From positions 33,480,001 through 33,544,000 of the forward strand of contig OZ024760.1 of the NCBI GenBank assembly GCA_964016885.1: a DNA stretch of 64,000 nucleotides, in the 5' to 3' direction. Position 1 is the first letter of the stretch. Each line of letters starts with the position of its first letter. This DNA is from Eledone cirrhosa (lineage: Eukaryota). Shown here piece after piece: positions 58,431 through 64,000 of the stretch. The notes beneath the pieces were generated by a model that saw only the letters and a list, made by a program, of their open reading frames with translations, did not search any database and was not told where the DNA came from. A program made the position numbers and the translations under genes.

Positions 58431-61400
58431 GTGTATATATATATGGCATATATATCCTTTTATTATATACTTAGAATTATATATACGTATACATGCAAAC
58501 ACATATCTGTATAAGATATCTTACACACACACACACACACATACACACACATATATAACTGTAGTGTGTGGGAGAGAAGACTCCATGTGATATGCATGGA
58601 GGATGAGTGCTGGATGAAGAAGTGCCAAGAAATTCCAGATCGTGGAAGCTCACAGAGGAGATGAGCAACCGTGACAAGTGGAGAGATGCTGTGCTGAATA
58701 GGACCCATCCAACCCTTGCAAGCAAGGAAAAGTGAACGTAAAATGATGATGATGATGATATATATATATGAGTGTGTATCAGTGATGTGTGTAACTCAAC
58801 TAACAGTACAATATGATCCCTGGTACTTACATCTACAGTCATTTTCACTGGTGGAACCTTTGCCCTTTGTCCAGGTGCTATGGGGACATGGCACACACTT
58901 TAGTTGTGATGCTTTGTTCTGGTAAGTTCCTTCTTTGCATTTCATACAGGTGATGGTTTGTATGTTGAGGTATTCTCCTGGTTTACATGGAGCTGTAAAT
59001 AGCAGATATATATAGAGACAGATATAAATAGATGGATGGATTGGTAGATAGATAGGTAACTAGGATATATATATGGAAAAGAATGAAATGAAATTTCATT
59101 TCTCACTCTTAGTACGGCTGATACTTAAATGTAAGTATGTATACTTACATACATATATGTATACAGACGTACAGTAGTATGTATATATATATACATACAT
59201 GCACACATATATATATATGTACGTGTGGGTTTACCGAACATTTATTATAATGTTTGGTTTGTTTGTAAACAAACAGCCCAAATTAAGCCATACAGTGTTC
59301 GGCAACCATCGTTACCCTTTTGTTCAACACTGACACAGGAACAATGTACTAGTTTCAAGCTTATTAGCTGTCATCAACACCGTATACCTTCCTGTCAAAT
59401 GATTGAACGTTTGAAAGTACATACTTTCCTTATGCATATTAACGGCTGAGCAGCTTAATTTGCATATCGAGTGTGTTAGTCGGTCTTGCCTACCGAAAAT
59501 ATATATATATATAGACTGATATAAATAGATGGATGGATTGATAGATGGAGAGATAGATAGGTAACTAGGATATATATATATTGTAATAATAATCCTGAAG
59601 ACCAAAATCCGAAGAGGGCTCGATAAGGATTATATATATATATATTAACCCGTAGCAAATATTTATTATCAGTACAGATTAAAGTTTAAGTGAAGAGTTT
59701 CAGAAGATCCCATAAGAGGGTAAAAACAGCAATTCTTTGCTTAAACTTTAATCTGTACTAATAATCAATATATAAAATAAAGATAAAGATCCCATAATTC
59801 CTTGTTGAATCATAGAGGCACCATCATACGGTGTGTCTAGGGCGGACCCCAATTCTCTCCAGGTCTGAACACAGCCAATTTTTCTATCGACCCCAGTACT
59901 AGACTGGAACTTGGTACTTTTTTATCAACCTTGAAAGGAAGAAGGGCAAAGTTGACTACAATGGGATTTGAATTCAGACCGCGCAATGAGGTGGGATGAA
60001 TACCGTAATATATTCTATCTGACGTCTTAACGACTCGTCCAATTTGTCGCCTTAATAATCTATCTATATATATATATATATACATATATTGAGAGAGAGA
60101 GAGATTAGTAAATAGAGAGATAGATGACAAACTTAATGACAAAAAGGGAAATATTTGATAATCTAAAGTTTGAGGGATTCCTCTGATTTACGGCAATTTC
60201 AAGAGGTAAAAAAGAAGATTATTGACAGGGCCCCTTACGTATTGTACAATCAGTTAGTTTCTTGCTTCCTTTAGCTTTTGTTGTGGATCCTTCCGGACAA
60301 GGTAGACAGATGTCATCAATGTACCATCTTCTATAGAAACCACGGGGACAGAGCTGACATTTGTTGTTGATCTTTTCACTTCCAGATGGACATACCTCGT
60401 CTAAAATAACAACAACAACATTGACAGGAATTTAAACAAAAGAAGAAAGAAGTGCATGACTTATATAAGAGACACAATATAGAGTGAGAAAAGTTAAGGA
60501 AATTGGTTGGAAATAGGTTCAAACAGCTCACCTGGTATATATAAAAAGGATTTTTATAACACGTAAAGAAAATTGATGTTAACGAAGCTTGCTTTCACCC
60601 TCCTGGATCTTCAAAGTGTTTCTTCTTTGGTTAAATTATTTTTTTGTTAAAACTCCTTCATGCTAATTTATATGTATATATATCTATATGTATATATATA
60701 TATATATGTATATATGTATAAATATATGAAAAGAGTCAGGACCCCAACGGCTGAGCTCTGGCTGTTTCGACAGCTAGATCCGAACTAATCAGATCTAGCT
60801 GTCGAAACAAGCCAGAGCTCAGCCATTGGGGTCCTGACTCTTTTCATATTACCCACTCTACTACCCTAAGTATTGAGTACTCTGGTGCATTATGGTCCAC
60901 CTGGTATCTTACCCCACCTTCTTTGTGGATTACAGAGTCAGGCTAGATCGATACAGATCGAACCTTGAGCTGATCAGTGGTGAAACACGTGTCACCAACC
61001 AATAAACGTAATGAAGGAGTAAACACTTGTCCTTGTTATATTTTACTATATATATATATATATACAAAATGGAAAATGGATGTTAAACATTGATGATGAT
61101 GATATGTATATATGGAGGCACATGGCTTAGTGGTTAGAGCATTGGCCTTGCAATTGAAAGGTCATGAGTTCAATTCTCAGACCGGGTGATGTGTTGTTTC
61201 CTTGAGCAAGACACTTTATTTCACATTGCTCCAGTTTACTCAGCTGTAGAAATGAGATGATAGGGACTGGGGTACCTATCATTCCACTGCAAAGTGGTCG
61301 TGGAGGTGCCACAGCAAAAAAGCACCCAGCACTCACTGTAAAAGAGGTTAGTGTTAGGAAGGGCATCCAGCTGTAGAAATCAAGCCAGAATCAGTTCCCG

Positions 61401-61919
61401 TCCCACCCTTGCAAGCAGGGGAAAGCGGACGTAAAATGAAATGATGATGAAATGATGATGATATACATATATATATACATCATCATCTTCATCATCGTTT
61501 AACGCCCATTTTCCACACTAGCATGGGTTAGACGGGTTATCCTATTCAAAGCAAGTCAGACCAAATGAGGATGATGATATAATTATATATGATGACATTG
61601 ATGAAATTTATGATAATGGTGTTGCTGATGATGATGATGGTGGTGTATATATATATATATATATATATGATGACAATATGATTTATGATAATGGTGATGA
61701 TGATGATAATGAGGAGGAGGAAGGGGGCACTACTTACTGTAGCAGTTACTCTGTGAAATGGCGCCCACATCTGGAGTGTCTCGTCCCAACAGGCAGGGTT
61801 TGCAGTAAGCTTGTCCACTTTTGTCCTGATAGTAACCTCTTGGACACTCTACACATTTGTGGCTAGTACTGTTTGAATAGCTGCCAACAGGACAGGAACG
61901 GGCTGTCAACAGAAGAAAA

Positions 61920-62006
<87 letters not shown>

Positions 62007-62199
62007 TGTATATACACACACACAAACAAGAAAACCATACATATAACTATATATATATATATATCATCATTTTATGATGATATATATATATATATATATA
62101 TGATATATATATATATGTAGTGGAACATACATATATACACACATACATGCATACATACACACATACACATACATGCATACATACACATACATGCATACA

Positions 62200-62240
<41 letters not shown>

Positions 62241-62888
62241 GTATATATATATATACATACATATATATATACATACATATATATATACATACATATAATA
62301 ATGATAATAATAATGAAATTATTGTGTAAAGTGCTCAGGTGCACTACAACTCGTCAATATAGTACATAGAATAATACACAAATGTCAGGGAAATACATGT
62401 GTGTATGTGTTAGCTGTAGTGTTGGCGGATCTCGGGAAACATGGAGGCCTTAAAGGATGCAGTGTCTCGACAGCTAACAACTGATGCAGGTAGTTTGTTC
62501 CATGCTTCAGCAACTCTGAGCGTGAAAAAATGTTTCCGAAAGTTATGGGAACTGTGCTGTTTTCTTACTTTGTGGGCATGACCACGTGTGATAGACACAT
62601 GGAAATCAAAAAGGTACACAGGGTTGTTGTTGGCAACATGGTTAACAATTTTGTGGGTGTTTACCAAGTCAGTTGCCAGGCGTCGGAGCATCAATGAATC
62701 CATGCCCAGGGAAGCAAGGTGCTCAGAGTATGGCAGATGCCTGATGGAGGGTATTCGCTTGGTTGCACGTCTCTGAACAGTTTCCAGGCGGTCAATGTCC
62801 TGAGCAAGATAGGGGTTCCAGACTGGTGATGCAAATTCTAAGTGTGGTCGCACCATAGCTGTATACAGCCTTAAATATATACATGTAT

Positions 62889-62919
<31 letters not shown>

Positions 62920-63888
62920 TATCCCAAATTAAGATAAATCAAATGAATTTAATCCAAATCAAAATTATGGGTGTCATGCCAGAAAGACATGCGCCATATC
63001 ATCCGCAAAATAAGCTCTAAGATTCTAACGAGTAGGTCCAAGCATTTTATAATAACTAGAAATTGATTAACATAAATAAACATGAATAATCACAGGAGAT
63101 AATTTTTACAAGTGTGTAACCACACAAGCTAGGTAGGTAACTACATAAAGTTGACTAGAACTTCAAAAATAGATACCTTATAATATGATTAATCTTCCCT
63201 GTATATATTCCATTAAAGAAATATATTTCACCAATTAATCGGATGGTAAACCACGGAAGTGGATACTTGGATTTTCAACAAGGAAGAAGTTCCAGCAATG
63301 ATATAAGGTTACACACTTGTAAAATGTTAATCAATTTCTAGTTATTATATATATATATATATACATACATATATACTTATATATATAGATACATACATAC
63401 ACGCACATATATATACATACATATAATGTACTGTCAAGAGGAGACCACACAGAGATCATCCAGCAATTACCCCAGTGCATTACTGGTACTTTATTTTATC
63501 GACCCTGTAAGGATGAAAGGCAAAGTTAACCTTGGCCGAATTTGAAGTCAGAACGTAAAGGGCCATAACTCTATGCTTCCAAAATGGTTTCTGATGCTCT
63601 ACCGAGATTTCTAGTTTAGGCACAAGGCCAGCAATCACTGTCATGGCTGCTTCACAGTACATTCTCTTATTTCACGTATCTTCTCTACTTTTCTTCTCAA
63701 AGACAAGAATGTTTGTTGTGTTTTACCTGAACAGTCCTTGTCTGACTGGGAACCTTGAGCCAATGTTGTGCTACCTTGAGGACAGCTTTTACAGGTCGTC
63801 TGCTTTACTTCATCTTGATAGAAACCCAAAGGACAGAGCTTACATGCTTTTGTCGCTACATCATAGAACATCCCGGTACTGCAAGGAA
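32959..63888 (-). CDS. Partial spliced gene (14 exons, 2225 coding nt, ~740 aa, 5' end outside window): type I membrane protein with 9 GCC2/GCC3 (Ephrin_rec_like) Cys-rich repeats, spacer domain, TM helix, short cytoplasmic tail
   Basis: Every exon has a pyrimidine-rich AG acceptor, and each except the stop-containing last exon has a GTAA(G/A/T) donor. Phases chain 1-1 (x8), 1-2, 2-0, 0-1, 1-1, 1-2, 2-stop with no internal stop. Repeated C-x2-G-x-Y...C-x2-CP-x-G-x-YQ...C-x2-CP...T...G-x5-C motif. Orthology not assignable by eye. Confidence 0.88.
33198..34052. mobile_element. Non-autonomous piggyBac-like element containing a 72-bp tandem array
   Basis: TTAA|CCCTTTAGCATTTA ... TAAATGCTAAAAGGG|TTAA: TTAA duplication and CCC/GGG termini. 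Confidence 0.8.
33206..33917. repeat. 72-bp minisatellite, ~10 copies
   Basis: Unit catttacattactctatatatactattgtattttcacagtaaagtctttacctcacataatatctcacataa. Confidence 0.97.
34391..34487 (-). CDS. Exon M: transmembrane helix ([32 protein letters not shown])
   Basis: 97 nt, phase 1-2; acceptor tctctctttacag, donor GTAATA; ~26 uninterrupted hydrophobic or uncharged residues followed by basic RKNR in the next exon. Confidence 0.88.
34515..35965. repeat. ~1.45-kb variable minisatellite of ACATCAT(AT)n(AAAT) units
   Basis: Direct inspection; units mostly ~17-21 bp. Confidence 0.97.
35964..38415 (-). mobile_element. RTE-clade LINE, subfamily C, 5'-truncated, internal deletion near 38030
   Basis: [22 protein letters not shown] (APE), RT and PHD motifs, (ATG)n tail. 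Confidence 0.94.
38416..38773. repeat. (TA)n/(TACA)n microsatellite
   Basis: Direct inspection. Confidence 0.97.
38961..39152 (+). mobile_element. tRNA-derived SINE family 1
   Basis: A box TGGCAGTATCGG, B box GTTCAAATCC, central gcctttcatccttacggggttgataaaataaagtaccag (resembles the Meta-SINE core from memory); multiple copies in the window. Confidence 0.85.
39340..39762. repeat. GA-rich low-complexity tract
   Basis: Direct inspection. Confidence 0.95.
40139..40312 (-). CDS. Exon L: juxtamembrane GCC repeat ([57 protein letters not shown])
   Basis: 174 nt, phase 1-1; acceptor ttttgtttgtag, donor GTAAGT. Confidence 0.9.
40968..41156 (-). mobile_element. tRNA-derived SINE family 1
   Basis: Reverse-complement match to 38961-39152. 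Confidence 0.85.
41368..42077 (-). mobile_element. RTE-B 3' fragment
   Basis: [19 protein letters not shown]..; (ATG)n tail. Confidence 0.92.
42689..42747 (-). ncRNA. Type I hammerhead ribozyme (host-intron sense strand)
   Basis: TTCATT-CTGATGA-TTGAAAGCAAA-atttg-TTTGCTTTTAA-GAAA-CCA-G-TGG-TA-AATGAA: 6-bp helix I, 11-bp helix II. Confidence 0.82.
42781..42839 (+). ncRNA. Type I hammerhead ribozyme (inverted-arm copy, slightly decayed)
   Basis: ATT-CTGATGA-TTAAAA...TTTTAA-GAAA-CCA-C-TGG-TA-AAT. Confidence 0.7.
43204..43300 (-). CDS. Exon K: end of spacer ([32 protein letters not shown])
   Basis: 97 nt, phase 0-1; acceptor tttgttgatttcag, donor GTAAGT; completes the phase chain. Confidence 0.8.
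43768..43858 (-). CDS. Exon J: spacer domain ([30 protein letters not shown])
   Basis: 91 nt, phase 2-0; acceptor ctttccatcaatcag, donor GTAAGT; needed to restore phase. Confidence 0.78.
44118..46704 (-). mobile_element. RTE-B copy with 5' UTR and ORF start ([16 protein letters not shown] at 46529), several internal deletions
   Basis: Complete APE domain fused by deletion to the RT-proximal linker near 45730; RT, PHD, CTD, tail. Confidence 0.93.
47042..47151 (-). ncRNA. Type I hammerhead ribozyme with long helix-II insertion, inside a non-coding repeat remnant (~46860-47400)
   Basis: CCCG-CTGATGA-aGCC-(~80 nt)-GGCa-GAAA-CTCGAG-TC-CGGG; GUC triplet, palindromic helix III; A.A mismatch at the base of helix II. 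Confidence 0.72.
47411..47535 (+). mobile_element. Isolated RTE-B 5' UTR fragment
   Basis: Reverse-complement match to 46578-46704, starting at the same nucleotide. Confidence 0.85.
47920..48202 (-). CDS. Exon I: first part of spacer domain ([22 protein letters not shown]...[10 protein letters not shown])
   Basis: 283 nt, phase 1-2; acceptor tctttcccctcag, donor GTAAGA; open frame. Confidence 0.82.
48249..48803 (+). mobile_element. R4/Dong-clade LINE 3' fragment (restriction-like endonuclease) within (TAA)n
   Basis: Manual translation: [53 protein letters not shown]; one stop; (AAT)n on both sides. Confidence 0.9.
49373..49546 (-). CDS. Exon H: GCC repeat ([57 protein letters not shown]), not in the ORF track
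   Basis: 174 nt, phase 1-1; acceptor ccttttcgttacag, donor GTAAGT; manual translation. Confidence 0.88.
49758..50056 (-). mobile_element. SINE family 2 (head truncated)
   Basis: Reverse-complement match to 52838-53173. Confidence 0.88.
50084..50358. mobile_element. MITE-like remnant with short TIR (ggcgaagggt / acccttcgccactgg), left end clipped
   Basis: 10-bp inverted termini; superfamily not determined. Confidence 0.45.
50428..51477 (+). mobile_element. RTE-C 3' fragment with 3' UTR
   Basis: Open CTD ORF to 51103; (ATG)n tail. Confidence 0.93.
51535..51851 (+). mobile_element. SINE family 2 (5'-truncated)
   Basis: B box, CORE-like ccttgagcaagacacttt, RTE-B 3' end, (ATG)n. Confidence 0.88.
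51978..52133 (-). CDS. Exon G: GCC repeat ([51 protein letters not shown])
   Basis: 156 nt, phase 1-1; acceptor tttctctgtaacag, donor GTAAGT. Confidence 0.9.
52838..53173 (+). mobile_element. SINE family 2, full length: tRNA head + CORE-like segment + RTE-derived body and tail
   Basis: A box TGGCTTAGTGG, B box GTTCAATTC; 3' end cccgtcccacccttgcaagcagggaaaagcggacgtaaaatga nearly identical to the RTE-B end. Confidence 0.9.
53359..55747 (+). mobile_element. RTE-C copy, 5'-truncated, multiple stops and frameshifts
   Basis: RT, PHD and CTD motifs; 3' UTR; (ATG)n tail. Confidence 0.94.
55748..56130. repeat. (TA)n/(CA)n compound microsatellite
   Basis: Direct inspection. Confidence 0.95.
56212..56475 (+). 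mobile_element. SINE with family-2 head and CORE-like segment but a different 3' half
   Basis: Matches family 2 up to cagctgtagaaat (56351), then diverges. Confidence 0.75.
56594..56761 (-). CDS. Exon F: GCC repeat ([55 protein letters not shown])
   Basis: 168 nt, phase 1-1; acceptor ctccttgccacag, donor GTAAGA. Confidence 0.9.
56925..57165 (-). mobile_element. Old RTE-like LINE C-terminal fragment
   Basis: [32 protein letters not shown], frameshifted. Confidence 0.55.
57309..57500 (+). mobile_element. tRNA-derived SINE family 1
   Basis: Match to 38961-39152. Confidence 0.85.
57526..57687 (-). CDS. Exon E: GCC repeat ([53 protein letters not shown])
   Basis: 162 nt, phase 1-1; acceptor poly-T tag, donor GTAAGT. 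Confidence 0.9.
57770..58012 (-). mobile_element. Old RTE/RTEX-like LINE C-terminal fragment
   Basis: [46 protein letters not shown]. Confidence 0.75.
58558..58758 (+). mobile_element. Deleted RTE-B 3' fragment
   Basis: Patchy match to 17730-18010 with tail. Confidence 0.75.
58831..58992 (-). CDS. Exon D: GCC repeat ([53 protein letters not shown]), not in the ORF track
   Basis: 162 nt, phase 1-1; acceptor ctatttacag, donor GTAAGT; manual translation. Confidence 0.9.
60239..60400 (-). CDS. Exon C: GCC repeat ([53 protein letters not shown]), not in the ORF track
   Basis: 162 nt, phase 1-1; acceptor gttattttag, donor GTAAGG; manual translation. Confidence 0.9.
61114..61462 (+). mobile_element. 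SINE family 2, full length
   Basis: Match to 52838-53173. Confidence 0.9.
61738..61902 (-). CDS. Exon B: GCC repeat ([54 protein letters not shown])
   Basis: 165 nt, phase 1-1; acceptor ttctgttgacag, donor GTAAGT. Confidence 0.9.
62295..62875 (-). mobile_element. CR1-group LINE 3' fragment (second family) with (ATT)n tail
   Basis: [45 protein letters not shown]. Confidence 0.9.
63461..63635 (-). mobile_element. tRNA-derived SINE family 1 (rearranged). Older or partial copies at ~31560-31710, 32560-32760, 48800-48885, 59880-60050.
   Basis: Core ctggtactttattttatcgaccc..ggatgaaaggcaaagt on + strand. Confidence 0.75.
63727..63888 (-). CDS. Exon A: GCC repeat ([53 protein letters not shown])
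   Basis: 162 nt, phase 1-1; acceptor ttttttcacag, donor GTAAAA. Confidence 0.9.
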
Positions 63889-63927
63889 CTGTGAAAAAAA
63901 TACAAATATATATAGATATACAGATAT

Positions 63928-63977
<50 letters not shown>

Positions 63978-64000
63978 GTATGGTTCGTTGATTACTCAAC

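Noticed and set aside
60968-60998. Hammerhead-like CTGATCA..GAAACACGTGTC
   Set aside because: Core G8 missing, no helix II and no matching helix I

Overview
AT-rich, repeat-saturated animal DNA. The (TA)n tracts, RTE/CR1/Tx1/Dong LINEs, Penelope-like elements and tRNA-derived SINEs suggest an octopus-like cephalopod, but this is inference only. One host gene is visible: the 3' ~740 codons of a minus-strand type I membrane protein. I rebuilt it by hand from 14 GT-AG exons (63888 down to 32959) whose phases fit together: eight tandem phase-1 Cys-rich GCC2/GCC3 (Ephrin_rec_like) exons, a ~155-aa spacer domain, a ninth Cys repeat, a TM helix and a short tail with YSNPLF. Its 5' part lies beyond the window. 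The rest is mostly decayed transposons, plus a 200-N gap at 8943-9142. The least expected signals are: (i) type I hammerhead ribozyme folds from at least five unrelated Penelope-associated repeat families, several with long helix-II insertions, two on the sense strand of host introns and one in a non-coding ~481-bp tandem unit resembling a retrozyme; (ii) RTE LINEs with a PHD-type C4HC3 finger inserted inside the RT domain, a partner SINE, and a shared UTR module; (iii) many fold-back inverted repeats. All structures were read by eye and none is experimentally or computationally verified.
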